A stretch of 64,000 nucleotides of DNA, from assembly GCA_023379025.1 (NCBI GenBank), contig JAMCTH010000009.1:213318-277317 (forward strand), written 5' to 3'. Positions 1 through 9,729 of this stretch are shown one piece after another (the stretch's first letter is position 1; each line of letters opens with the position of its first letter). This DNA is from Patescibacteria group bacterium. Its GTDB lineage: Bacteria; Patescibacteriota; Microgenomatia; UBA10105; UBA927. The position numbers and the translations under genes were made by a program. The notes under the pieces were generated by a model. That model had not been told where the DNA came from, ran no database searches, and was given only the letters and a program-made list of their open reading frames with translations.

Positions 1-49
1 CCCCTCTCTGCCCTGCAGGTACCTCGTCATTTCCGGTGATGTCCGATTT

Positions 50-2506
50 GTGAAATATATTACTGATTTCCTCCGCCGGCCTTTTACCGGCGCCGTCGCC
101 ATCGTCTTTGAGGACCATGCGATATCATCCGTCGCGGACATTACCAAACGGGGCGTCCGGGTCGTCCTTCATAGCCTTACATCGGTCTCCCCACGTGAGG
201 TTGACCGAATGTTCGCTTTTTATTTTTTGGCAACGGATGCCTGTCTGGACCTCCGGACGGAAAGGGAAACGGTCCCTGCGCCGGGGGCAGTTTTTGGGGA
301 GCATGCGGCAGCGGACCAATCAGCGGACCGTGAACGCATCGCGTCAGAACTTTTTTCCGCCTTCGGCGCATCAGAACCGCCGGTATCTTCCCGGCATGCG
401 CTTCCGGGAACCCCCCTTGTTTTACGGGACCTGTTTTCTGTCCGTCCGGGCAGGAAAAAGGAACGTCCGCGGCATGTCCAGCAGGAACGCGCGGGAGCCA
501 TATCACCGGATATCCATGCCACCCGCCATCAGGCCAGCGGCCGCCGGAAAACCCTGCCCCATATTGTCGCACATGCCTATTCGGCCATTTTTACGGCGGC
601 GCTTCTTATTTTTTTTCTTGCCGTCTGGTACCTCGCGTGCCTGAGCGCGGGTATTGCCGGCGTCGGAATCGCTGCCGTGGCGCTGCAGAAGGGGTCGTAT
701 GCCCAGCTGGCATACCTCCGGCCCGCCACGCAGATTTTCGTAAATCAAACGCGGGCAATCCTGGACGGCGGAAGCGTACTCTTTTCGGTACTCGGAAAAG
801 ACGGCGAATTGCAGAACCAGGAGCGGTTGGTTTCTGTTCTGTCGCGCGCGATAGCTCTGGAAACGGCCGTCTCTTCGCTTCTGCGTGAAGGTGCAGGCGC
901 CGCGGGCCTGATGTTCGGTCCGGAGGAAACGGAGGTCGGATCGTCTCCTGCGTATCGGATACAAAAGCTGCAATCCGATCTTGCCATGGTCACCGATGAG
1001 GTCGGTTTGCTTGAAGCGGACTTCCGGGCATTGCTCGATGAGCGGATGTTCCCGTTTTCCGTACGGCATATCTATACCCTGGGTACGGCGGTACACGCCA
1101 TGCTGTCGAGAGGATTCGGGAACCTCACGACGGCCGACGCATTGCTTTCCCTCTATACCGAAGCGGCAGGATTCCGCACACCGAAGACCTATCTGGTGCT
1201 TCTTCAAAACAGTGCGGAGGTCCGGCCTGCGGGAGGATTTATCGGAAGTGTAGCAATCCCGACGTTGTCCGGAGGCCAGCTCAGCGCCCTCACCATCCAG
1301 GATGTCTATGCGCTTGACGGCCAGCTGAAAGGCCATGTAGATCCGCCCCTTCCGATACGCCAGATATTGGGCGAAGAGCACTGGTTTTTACGGGACGCGA
1401 ATTGGGACCCCGATTTTTACCAAACCGCAACACGGTCGGCCTGGTTTTACGCCAAGGAAACCGGCAACACCGTGAACGGCGTGATCGGCATAAGCACGCC
1501 GTTTATCGTCAACCTTCTTCAAGCAGTCGGACCGGTGACGCTTACGGACTACAACGACGAGATCAGCGCGGACAATTTCTACGGCAAGTCCCTCTACTAC
1601 ACAAACGTCGATTTTTTCCCCGGTTCGACGCAAAAAAAGGATTTTCTCGGAAGTCTTGCGCAGGCAATGCTTGCAAAAATTACGTCCGGCAGCGGTGCAC
1701 GGATGCCGGCACTGTTTCAGGCGGTAGAGCAGGGATTACAAAGCCGGGATATCCAGTTTATGTTTGAAAATCCCGAAAGCCAGGCGCTGGCGGAACGGTA
1801 CGGCTGGACCGGCGGCGTTTCCTCATCCCGTACCTGTGCCGGGGGAGGCGCAGTATCGTGCGTCCGTGACCGGTTCGGCGTTTATGAAGCAAATCTCGGG
1901 GTCAATAAGGTCAACTACTTTGTCAGCCGGTCCGAGCAGTACAGCGTTCTCCTGAACGCGGATGGGACGAGCGAAGGGTCAGTGAGCATCATCCTGAAGA
2001 ACGCGGCTTCCGGCAAGGAACGTTCCTCAGGGGCATATAAAACGTATCTGCAGGTCTATCTGCCGGAAGGTGCATCCGTGACAGGAGTAACGCTTGACGG
2101 ACAGGCAGTTCCATATCTGCCGCAAAACAGCGCGCTTCAGAAACCGCGGCCCTTGCCATACTACGAAACCGCGGAGTCGGCTATCGGTTCGTCGGCGTCC
2201 CTTGGTGTTGCACTGACGGTGCCGGTTGCATCAATGAGGACGCTGTCGGTATCATATGTGCACGGGAGCCGCGTGGTGTTCGGCAACAACGGCGCCGCCT
2301 ATGAGCTTTCCGTTCAAAAACAACCCGGGGTGGAGCAGGCAGCGGCTGCCGTAACCATAACGTATCCGGTGTATTGGATCGTACACGCAACAGCCCTCCA
2401 TGGACCGGGGTCCGTACCCCAACCGTTTGTTGCCAAGGAGGGTGTGGTAGGCTACAATACGACATTATCGCAGGATCAGGGCGTACGGCTGCTTTTTACG
2501 AAATAG
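50..2506 (+). CDS. DUF4012-like large membrane-anchored protein; start (GTG at 50) uncertain, possibly continues upstream of the window
   Basis: 818-aa ORF with a single hydrophobic helix around aa 170-210 and the motif LLQNSAEVRPAGGFIGS typical of DUF4012 proteins common in CPR genomes; an alternative-frame ORF 108-644 overlaps and is ignored. Confidence 0.5.
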   Translation: MKYITDFLRRPFTGAVAIVFEDHAISSVADITKRGVRVVLHSLTSVSPREVDRMFAFYFLATDACLDLRTERETVPAPGAVFGEHAAADQSADRERIASELFSAFGASEPPVSSRHALPGTPLVLRDLFSVRPGRKKERPRHVQQERAGAISPDIHATRHQASGRRKTLPHIVAHAYSAIFTAALLIFFLAVWYLACLSAGIAGVGIAAVALQKGSYAQLAYLRPATQIFVNQTRAILDGGSVLFSVLGKDGELQNQERLVSVLSRAIALETAVSSLLREGAGAAGLMFGPEETEVGSSPAYRIQKLQSDLAMVTDEVGLLEADFRALLDERMFPFSVRHIYTLGTAVHAMLSRGFGNLTTADALLSLYTEAAGFRTPKTYLVLLQNSAEVRPAGGFIGSVAIPTLSGGQLSALTIQDVYALDGQLKGHVDPPLPIRQILGEEHWFLRDANWDPDFYQTATRSAWFYAKETGNTVNGVIGISTPFIVNLLQAVGPVTLTDYNDEISADNFYGKSLYYTNVDFFPGSTQKKDFLGSLAQAMLAKITSGSGARMPALFQAVEQGLQSRDIQFMFENPESQALAERYGWTGGVSSSRTCAGGGAVSCVRDRFGVYEANLGVNKVNYFVSRSEQYSVLLNADGTSEGSVSIILKNAASGKERSSGAYKTYLQVYLPEGASVTGVTLDGQAVPYLPQNSALQKPRPLPYYETAESAIGSSASLGVALTVPVASMRTLSVSYVHGSRVVFGNNGAAYELSVQKQPGVEQAAAAVTITYPVYWIVHATALHGPGSVPQPFVAKEGVVGYNTTLSQDQGVRLLFTK

Positions 2507-2509
2507 CAT

Positions 2510-3232
2510 ATGAAAACACACTCTCTTGAGGCACACCCCAGGACGGTATGCGGCAGAAAGGTCAGGCAACTGAGACGGGAAGGTGCCATTCCGGGGACGG
2601 TCTACGGAAAAAAAATCAAAAGCGTGTCGGTAACGGTTACCCATGACGCGTTTGTCAAAACGTACGCAGACACGGGGGAGACGGGCCTGGTGACGCTAAC
2701 GCTTGGCACGGAGGAGCGGCCGGTCCTTATCCATAACGTCCAGCGCAATGTTCTAAACGGAGACGTTCTTCATGTTGAGTTCTACCAGGTGGACCTTAAG
2801 GAAAAGGTCCGCGCAAATGTTCCGATCGCCTTTACCGGAGCATCACCGGCGGTTGCACAAAAAACCGGCGTGCTCCTTACGATTCTGGACGAGCTTGAGG
2901 TCGAAGCCTTGCCGGCCGCCCTTCCCGAACATATCGCGGTCGACGTTTCGAAGCTTTCAGAGGTCGGCCAGGAGCTCAAAGTTTCCGATATACCCGTACC
3001 ACAGGATGTGACGGTCCTGACGGACGGCAAGCTCACCGTTGCAAAAGTGGGGGAACTGGTGACCAGGGAAGCGGAGGCTGAAGCTGCAGCTGAAGCGGCG
3101 GCGGCCGCGGCCGCATCGGCGCAGGCAGAAACGGGTGACGTGAAGGAGGGGACTGAACCGGAAGGAGGCAAGGCGGAGGGGGAAGAGAAACAGGACCAGA
3201 AAAAAGAAGATACGCAGGCGAAGGAATCATAA
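2510..3232 (+). CDS. rplY: 50S ribosomal protein L25 / general stress protein Ctc
   Basis: N-terminus MKTHSLEAHPRTVCGRKVRQLRREGAIPGTVYG matches the L25/Ctc family; acidic Ala/Glu-rich C-terminal tail as in Ctc-type L25. Confidence 0.8.
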   Translation: MKTHSLEAHPRTVCGRKVRQLRREGAIPGTVYGKKIKSVSVTVTHDAFVKTYADTGETGLVTLTLGTEERPVLIHNVQRNVLNGDVLHVEFYQVDLKEKVRANVPIAFTGASPAVAQKTGVLLTILDELEVEALPAALPEHIAVDVSKLSEVGQELKVSDIPVPQDVTVLTDGKLTVAKVGELVTREAEAEAAAEAAAAAAASAQAETGDVKEGTEPEGGKAEGEEKQDQKKEDTQAKES

Positions 3233-3787
3233 CTATGGCAGTTCGGCCCCGGTGATCAGGGTAAGCATCTCCCGCGCCGGTTTGTTATTGGGGTCGAGCG
3301 AGAGCGCGGACCGTATGGCGGTTTTTGCCCCGGCGAGATCACCGAGTTGGTACTGTATGGCAGCTAGGCTGATATACGCATCACGATAATCCGGTTTCTC
3401 GCGGATCACGGAAGTCCAAAACGCAAGCGCATGCGGGAGCACTGTATCCGGCCGGACGGCGCCTTGATAATCCTGGACACTCGCCGCCCCGAGGATATTT
3501 GTTCGGGTATTCCGGAGAAATGCAATATAGGCGCGTTCCCGTTCTGAACCGCGGACAAAGCCCTCCCTTCCCAACATCTGTGCAACGCCCTCATGTTCCG
3601 TGATGCTCAGCGGGTCGGTAAATACGGAGAGTGGATTGAGCGTACCAGTCCTGCCGGAAGAGCGCAGCAGGAGCACATTGAGCGCGACCACGGCGCTTAT
3701 ACTACCCCATAACAGTATATTTTCGGTTATTGCGGAGAAAAATCGGGGAATATGCGGGAATTTTAGCCTTGGGATTGCGCTGTTCAT
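3233..3787 (-). CDS. TPR-repeat protein with N-terminal membrane anchor (start trimmed to internal Met to avoid overlap with nth)
   Basis: C-terminal TPR-like repeats (AYISLAAIQYQLGDLAGAKTAIRSALSLDPNN), hydrophobic segment ILLWGSISAVVALNVLLL; the longer ORF 3233-4051 would overlap the convergent nth gene. Confidence 0.45.
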   Translation of the reverse strand: MNSAIPRLKFPHIPRFFSAITENILLWGSISAVVALNVLLLRSSGRTGTLNPLSVFTDPLSITEHEGVAQMLGREGFVRGSERERAYIAFLRNTRTNILGAASVQDYQGAVRPDTVLPHALAFWTSVIREKPDYRDAYISLAAIQYQLGDLAGAKTAIRSALSLDPNNKPAREMLTLITGAELP

Positions 3788-3872
3788 AGTTCGCTGGCCA
3801 ACACCTCTGTTCTTTGTAGGCCTCTTCAGTAAGAGGGCAATGCCGTGTGGTATAGTGTAGAAAGATTTCTCT

Positions 3873-4601
3873 ATGGACACAAGAGGGGAAGCTATGAGAG
3901 AGGGGAAAAGGCAGGCGCTTCGTTGTATACCCCTCCTCAGGCAAACGTACCCTTCGGCGCATATTGTTCTTTCCTCTTCCAACCCCTGGGAACTCTTGGT
4001 TGCCGTCATCCTTTCGGCGCAGTGCACGGATACCAAGGTAAATGAGGTCACGGCGCGGCTGTTCCGGAAATACCCGACGATTGCTGATTACCTGAATGCC
4101 AGCCCGCGGGGTTTCGAGCAGGATATACGGGCAACAGGGTTTTATCGGGCCAAAGCAAAGCATATTCTGGCAGCGGCACGTATCGTCCACGAGCAGTTCG
4201 GTGACCGGGTACCGCGGACCATGGCGGAACTGCTTCAGCTCCCCGGTGTAGCCCGGAAAACGGCAAATGTGGTGCTCGGCAATGCGTACGGTGTCGTCGA
4301 GGGCATTGCGGTTGACACGCATGTACTCCGTTTGAGTCAAAGGCTGCGCCTGGTGCCGGTCGGAGAGGCCGGGGGCACGCACAGGGTGCTCTTTGAAAAA
4401 AACGGAAAGCGGGTTACGGATTATGCCAAAGACGCAGACCCGGTGAAGATCGAGGCGATACTTATGCACATACTTCCCAAATCTGACTGGTTTCACGTTA
4501 CCTATCTCTTCATCGATCACGGCAGGGCGGTCTGTAAGGCACAGCGCCCGGACTGCGCGCATTGCGTGCTTCAGAAATTCTGTCCGGCCGCAAGAGTCTG
4601 A
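3873..4601 (+). CDS. nth: endonuclease III (DNA glycosylase/AP lyase)
   Basis: HhH-GPD motif LPGVARKTANVVL and C-terminal 4Fe-4S cysteine cluster CKAQRPDCAHCVLQKFC. Confidence 0.8.
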   Translation: MDTRGEAMREGKRQALRCIPLLRQTYPSAHIVLSSSNPWELLVAVILSAQCTDTKVNEVTARLFRKYPTIADYLNASPRGFEQDIRATGFYRAKAKHILAAARIVHEQFGDRVPRTMAELLQLPGVARKTANVVLGNAYGVVEGIAVDTHVLRLSQRLRLVPVGEAGGTHRVLFEKNGKRVTDYAKDADPVKIEAILMHILPKSDWFHVTYLFIDHGRAVCKAQRPDCAHCVLQKFCPAARV

Positions 4602-4700
4602 CACGGGAGAAACCCGTTCTACTTGAGTTTTCTTCGGCACCTATGGTATGCTTGGGCAATGCGAGGAAAACGGAAGACAGATAAAAGGCTGACCCATAAG

Positions 4701-5360
4701 ATGATTGACCGGACCACAGAAAGCCTCATCCCTACGGCATCCGACCGGCCGTCCTCCCTCCCGGGAGCCGCGGAGAAACGGAAGCTCCCCGGCCCGAAGG
4801 CGTTATATGCAGTCGTGATATTCCTCATAGTATGTGCCGTTGTTCTTGCAAATAAAGGGCTGGCGGTTGCTGCGGTTGTTGACGGGAAGCCGATTTTTAC
4901 CTACCAACTGATGCAGAGGCTCATGTCTGATTTCGGTAAGCAGACGCTTGAGCAGATGATCAGCGAACAGATTATCAATGAGGAGTCCAGAAAAGCCGGT
5001 GTTGTGGTGACGCAGGCGGATATCGATGCAAAGCAAAAGGAAATTCTGGCAAGTCTCGGCACGAATGTCAGTCTTGACGACCTATTACAGTATCAGGGTA
5101 TAACGAAGGATGAATTTACCACACAGCTCCGGATGCAGATTGCAGTGCAAAAACTGCTCGGCAAGGATATCGAAGTCACTGACGCAGATATCGACGCGTA
5201 TATCGCGTCTCATTCAGCCACCCTGACCGCCACAGAACCGGCGGCACTGCGCTCGGAAGCCAAACAGGCAATCATCGACCAGGAGGTGAGCCAGAAGGTG
5301 CAGCCCTGGTTCACGGCCCTTAAGGCAAAATCAAAAATCCTCCGTTTCATCAATGAATGA
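4701..5360 (+). CDS. SurA N-terminal-domain-like periplasmic chaperone/PPIase-family protein (membrane anchored)
   Basis: TM helix LYAVVIFLIVCAVVLA followed by a SurA_N-like helical domain (QLMQRLMSDFGKQTLEQMISEQII...); start chosen at the internal ATG at 4701. Confidence 0.45.
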   Translation: MIDRTTESLIPTASDRPSSLPGAAEKRKLPGPKALYAVVIFLIVCAVVLANKGLAVAAVVDGKPIFTYQLMQRLMSDFGKQTLEQMISEQIINEESRKAGVVVTQADIDAKQKEILASLGTNVSLDDLLQYQGITKDEFTTQLRMQIAVQKLLGKDIEVTDADIDAYIASHSATLTATEPAALRSEAKQAIIDQEVSQKVQPWFTALKAKSKILRFINE

Positions 5361-5617
5361 CCATGATGCCGTGGAATTTCGGATCAGCAGGACTATTACC
5401 GTTTGAGAGGTTCGGTGGCATCGGGCTTGTACCGCTTCTCCTTTGGTCACTCATTTGGGCGGGACTGGCGCTCTGGCATGCAGCGCGGCGCGGGGATAAA
5501 TGGTGGTTTATCATTTTCTTATTCGTCCACACCCTCGGGATTTTGGAAATTCTCTACCTCGTGTTTGTCGTCAGGATTCTTGAACAACCGAAGACATCCC
5601 CAAAGAAACGAACCTGA
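5357..5617 (+). CDS. small membrane protein (2 predicted TM helices)
   Basis: 86-aa ORF, hydrophobic segments GIGLVPLLLWSLIWAGLALW and WWFIIFLFVHTLGILEILYLVFVV; start overlaps upstream stop (ATGA). Confidence 0.35.
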   Translation: MTMMPWNFGSAGLLPFERFGGIGLVPLLLWSLIWAGLALWHAARRGDKWWFIIFLFVHTLGILEILYLVFVVRILEQPKTSPKKRT

Positions 5618-5709
5618 CGCTGCAACGCTGCGTTCCGTTTTACACGTCCGTCTCATTCCTCTACAATTGCAGGATGCTCTACGCCTTCGGGCGCCGCACA
5701 TATTGATCT

Positions 5710-6819
5710 ATGAAAACATGGCAGAAATTACAGAAACACCCTTCTCTTTGGCAGCGGTATTTTCTCCGTGAGAAGCTGATCAGAAGTATCCGGAAATTTT
5801 TTGACGGACAGGGCTTCCATGAAGTCGAGACCCCGCTTCTTGCGGCACATCCTCCGGCCGAGAGTTATCTTGAGGTTTTCGAAACGACACTCCTCGACCG
5901 GCAGCGCCGTCCGACTAAAGCCTATTTATCTCCCTCGCCCGAGGTGCCGCTCAAAAAGCTCATGGTAGCAGGGCTGGGTAACTGTTACTCCTTAACTAAA
6001 AGTTTCCGCAATATGGAGACGGAGAGTAAACTTCATAATCCGGAATTTACGATCCTTGAGTGGTACCGGGTCGGGGCTGATTACAAGGACATCATGAAAG
6101 ACTGCGAAGATTTACTGAAATTTATTAATAAATCTGTCATTCTGGGGAGCGAAGCGACTCCAGAATCTGATTTAAAAGATCGATTCTGGACAAGCCAGAA
6201 TGACGATAAAAAAAAGCACCAAATCATTTATCAGGGCCGAAAAATTGACTTAACCCCGCCTTGGGAGCGCCTGACGGTCGTTGAGGCGTTTGCTACATAC
6301 GCCAAGGTGAATTTTGAGGATTTTTTGGATTTTCAGAAAGCCAAAATTATTGCCGCTAAAAAAGGATACCGTCTCGAGTCGAAAACCACGTGGGAAAAGC
6401 TTTTTAACCAGATATTCCTTAACGAAATCGAGCCCAAGTTGGGGCAGGGGAAGCCGACCATTCTTTACGATTATCCGGCTTCTATGGCGGCACTTGCCAA
6501 AACCAAAGCTTCCGACCCTAGGTTTGCCGAACGGTTCGAGTTTTATATTAATGGTTTGGAATTGGGTGATGCTTATTCTGAGCTCACGGATTGGCGTGAA
6601 CAGGAGAAAAGATTTAAAGAAGAGATGAAAGAGATTAAGAGACTTGGGAAGACAGAATACGATTACGATCATGACTTTATCGAGGCGCTTAAAGTAGGTT
6701 TGCCGACATGCAGCGGAATCGCAGTCGGAGTTGACCGGTTGGTGATGCTGCTCGCAGATACTGACGATATCGCCGACACACTGTTTTTTCCGGCTTCTGA
6801 GGAATTCGGCAGTCCATAG
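5710..6819 (+). CDS. epmA: EpmA/PoxA-like EF-P lysyl transferase (class II LysRS catalytic-domain paralogue)
   Basis: Class II aaRS motifs: motif 1 FHEVETPLL, motif 3 GIAVGVDRLVMLL; length 369 aa (no anticodon-binding domain); encoded immediately upstream of efp. Confidence 0.6.
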   Translation: MKTWQKLQKHPSLWQRYFLREKLIRSIRKFFDGQGFHEVETPLLAAHPPAESYLEVFETTLLDRQRRPTKAYLSPSPEVPLKKLMVAGLGNCYSLTKSFRNMETESKLHNPEFTILEWYRVGADYKDIMKDCEDLLKFINKSVILGSEATPESDLKDRFWTSQNDDKKKHQIIYQGRKIDLTPPWERLTVVEAFATYAKVNFEDFLDFQKAKIIAAKKGYRLESKTTWEKLFNQIFLNEIEPKLGQGKPTILYDYPASMAALAKTKASDPRFAERFEFYINGLELGDAYSELTDWREQEKRFKEEMKEIKRLGKTEYDYDHDFIEALKVGLPTCSGIAVGVDRLVMLLADTDDIADTLFFPASEEFGSP

Positions 6820-6916
6820 ACAACCGGCGGGGATACCGGATCATTGCAACAGCCTGCCGGATACGGTACTATAAAGCATAGTCCCGAAAGGGGATTTTTG
6901 TTTCCGGCCGCACGCC

Positions 6917-7480
6917 ATGTCTACGATTACTACCGCAGATTTTCATAAAGGACTGTTTATCGAATTTAAAGGCGAGCCGCATCAGATTGTGGAGTTTCAG
7001 CACGTCAATCCCGGGAAGGGAAGCGCGTTTGTGCGGACAACGCTTAAGTCCCTAAAAACCGGCAAGGTCCAGGAGTTTACCTACAAGTCCGGCGAAACGG
7101 TCACGGAGATACCGATTGAAACGCAGGAAATGCAGTATCTTTATAAGGAAGGGGACGGGTACGTCTTCATGAATAATTTTAGCTTCGAACAGCTGCAGGT
7201 GCCCGAGGCAATCCTTTCCGACTATCTGCATTTTCTCAAACCCAATGAAACCTATCAGCTCCTTGTGCATGATGAGACGGCCGTCGGCATCCGGTTTCCG
7301 AAGAAGGTACGGCTGCTGGTTTCGGAGGCGGAAGAAGGAGCGCGCGGAGATACGGTGGCCGGAGCAGGGAAGGTGGTAACGCTTGAGACCGGACTCAAGG
7401 TCACCGTGCCTCTTTTTATCAAGGAAGGCGACACGATAGCGGTTGATACGGCAACCGGTCAGTACCTCGAAAGAGCGTAA
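6917..7480 (+). CDS. efp: elongation factor P
   Basis: MSTITTADFHKGLFIEFKGEPHQIVEFQHVNPGKGSAFVRTTLKSLKTGK is a canonical EF-P N-terminus including the modified-Lys loop PGKG. Confidence 0.85.
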   Translation: MSTITTADFHKGLFIEFKGEPHQIVEFQHVNPGKGSAFVRTTLKSLKTGKVQEFTYKSGETVTEIPIETQEMQYLYKEGDGYVFMNNFSFEQLQVPEAILSDYLHFLKPNETYQLLVHDETAVGIRFPKKVRLLVSEAEEGARGDTVAGAGKVVTLETGLKVTVPLFIKEGDTIAVDTATGQYLERA

Positions 7481-7513
7481 CATTCATTGCTTCATTGGTA
7501 ATTATCTCCCGGT

Positions 7514-8092
7514 GTGTCATACTATCTGAGCAAGAACATGACGTCTTTGTTAAAAACGCTTGCGGTATTGATACTAGGGGTGCTGGTCAGTCGATTGCCA
7601 TGGGCCACCCATCAACATACAGCGGGGCAAAGTAAAACCCCGCACCGTACGAAAGAAGCGACGATGCCGGCAACTATCGCCGACGGAAAAGGTTTTGAGA
7701 TCGCGGCAGTCAAAAGGGTGATTGACGGAGACACCATCGAGCTTACGGATAAGCGCAGAGTCCGTTATATCGGCATGAACGCGCCGGAGATTGCCGATCC
7801 GGAAAAACCGGCCGAATGTTTCGGCCCGGAAGCCAGGTCCGCTAACCGGTCTCTGGTTGAAGGAAAAAAGGTCAGGCTCGTTAAGGATGTCTCGGAAACA
7901 GATACGTACGGCAGATTCCTGCGGTTTGTTTATGTGGGCGATACGTTCGTGAATGATGCTTTGGTCAAAAACGGGTTCGCGCGAATAATGCCTGTAGCGC
8001 CGGATATAACTTTAGCGGATGAATTTAATCAGGCACAGATTGAGGCACAAGCCAGTCATGCAGGACTGTGGGGACAATGTCCGGATTTGTAA
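7514..8092 (+). CDS. thermonuclease (staphylococcal nuclease-like) with signal/anchor
   Basis: SNase fold motifs GDTIELTD...RVRYIGMNAPE...YGRFLRFVYV; N-terminal hydrophobic segment. Confidence 0.7.
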   Translation: MSYYLSKNMTSLLKTLAVLILGVLVSRLPWATHQHTAGQSKTPHRTKEATMPATIADGKGFEIAAVKRVIDGDTIELTDKRRVRYIGMNAPEIADPEKPAECFGPEARSANRSLVEGKKVRLVKDVSETDTYGRFLRFVYVGDTFVNDALVKNGFARIMPVAPDITLADEFNQAQIEAQASHAGLWGQCPDL

Positions 8093-8173
8093 AGCGGGGG
8101 CGCAACAGCTCCATGGAGGTCCCGGAAGCGGGGCCACCCTCATTCCCCGTGGTTCTGCTATACTGAAAGTATC

Positions 8174-9655
8174 ATGTCCGAAATGTTTGAAGAGATCAGC
8201 GATAATCGGACTCCTCCGACCTATAAATTTTTTAACGGCAGTGCATGGGTGACCAGTGCCGGCGGTAAGACCACGGAAGTCCACAGCCCGATTGACGACT
8301 CGGTTTTAGGGAAGGTCCAGGTAGTGACGCATGAGGAGATAGATGCGGCGATGAAGGCAGCCCATGCCCAGCAGAAAAACTGGGAAGCGACCCCTCTCAA
8401 CCAGCGGGTGAAAGTCATGCACCTCACCGCGGACTGGATCCGGCAGTATGAGGATTATCTGACGACCCTCCTTATCAGGGAAATCGGTAAAACCAGCGAT
8501 GAAGCCAGGGGAGAAATCAAGCGCACCGCGGACCTCACCGATTACTTCGCCGATGAAGTCCAGTCGATCCGCGGTTTTGAACTCGACAGCGATAATTTTC
8601 CGGGCTTTGATAAGGGTGGGACTGCCCTGATTGACCGCGTCGCGTACGGCGTCGTGTTAGCCATTGCCCCCTTTAACTATCCGGTCAACCTTTCCGGCAG
8701 TAAACTCGCCCCGGCGCTCCTTATGGGCAATAGCGTCATCCTTAAACCGCCGACGCAGGGATCGATTTCCGGTCTGCACCTTACCCAGCTGTTCCGTAAA
8801 GCCGGCGTCCCTACCGGAGTACTCGCGACGGTAACCGGCGGCGGGGGAGAGATCGGCGAGTATCTGACGGCTCACGGGGGTGTGGATATGATTGCCTTTA
8901 CCGGTAATTCCGAGACAGGCATGGCTATAGCCAAAAATGCGGGCATGAAGCCGCTTCTTTTTGAGTGCGGCGGCGATAATCCGGTGGTCGTCCTGCCGGA
9001 TGCGGATATGCATCTGACTGCCCGTGAAATTATCAAAGGAGGATTTTCCTATGCGGGACAGCGCTGCACCGGCATAAAGTATGTTCTGGGGACCGAGACA
9101 ACGCTCGACCAGCTGATACCGCTCGTTCTTGAGCTCATGAAGACCGAGGTCGCCATGGGGGATCCCCGCAGTCCCGGGACCAAGCTGGTCGGGCCGGTGA
9201 TTTCGGAAGAGGCAGCCGTGCATATTGAGGAAGCGATCCGTCTGTCGGTGAGTGCCGGCGCCAAAATCCTGACCGGCGGAGGCCGCAAGAATTCGTATAT
9301 TGAGCCGACCATTCTGACGGACGTCACGCCGGACATGCGGGTCGTGGCAAGCGAAGTATTCGGGCCGGTGGTTTCTTTTGTACGCATTGCGAGCATGGAT
9401 GAAGCGGTGGGAATCATCAACCGTTCCCGGTACGGTCTTCAGGCGTCGGTATTTACTAAAGACGAAGGAACGGGCATCGTGTTTGCCCGTCAGCTCCATG
9501 TCGGTTCGGTTCAGATCAACGGCTCGCCACAGCGCGGCCCGGACCACTTTCCGTTCCTCGGGGTAAAGCACTCGGGCGTCGGCGTCCAGGGGGTCCGGTA
9601 TTCCCTGGAGGCGATGTCGCGCCTCCGGCCGATTGTCCTCAACAAGCCGGGTTAA
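8174..9655 (+). CDS. NAD(P)-dependent aldehyde dehydrogenase (GapN-like non-phosphorylating family)
   Basis: ALDH catalytic Cys context FSYAGQRCTGIKYV and Glu motif LFECGGDNP; 493 aa. Confidence 0.7.
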   Translation: MSEMFEEISDNRTPPTYKFFNGSAWVTSAGGKTTEVHSPIDDSVLGKVQVVTHEEIDAAMKAAHAQQKNWEATPLNQRVKVMHLTADWIRQYEDYLTTLLIREIGKTSDEARGEIKRTADLTDYFADEVQSIRGFELDSDNFPGFDKGGTALIDRVAYGVVLAIAPFNYPVNLSGSKLAPALLMGNSVILKPPTQGSISGLHLTQLFRKAGVPTGVLATVTGGGGEIGEYLTAHGGVDMIAFTGNSETGMAIAKNAGMKPLLFECGGDNPVVVLPDADMHLTAREIIKGGFSYAGQRCTGIKYVLGTETTLDQLIPLVLELMKTEVAMGDPRSPGTKLVGPVISEEAAVHIEEAIRLSVSAGAKILTGGGRKNSYIEPTILTDVTPDMRVVASEVFGPVVSFVRIASMDEAVGIINRSRYGLQASVFTKDEGTGIVFARQLHVGSVQINGSPQRGPDHFPFLGVKHSGVGVQGVRYSLEAMSRLRPIVLNKPG

Positions 9656-9729
9656 CACGTATCCAATAGTGCTGCACGACGAATACTCGGATCTATTGCT
9701 CCTTTCCCATCGGTAAATGGGATAATTTC

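Noticed and set aside
108-644. 178-aa ORF in an alternative frame inside the DUF4012-like gene
   Set aside because: Overlaps a longer ORF with a recognisable family motif; basic low-complexity translation typical of an off-frame.
3702-4640. 312-aa minus-strand ORF
   Set aside because: Lies entirely antisense to the well-supported nth gene; shadow ORF of GC-rich coding sequence.
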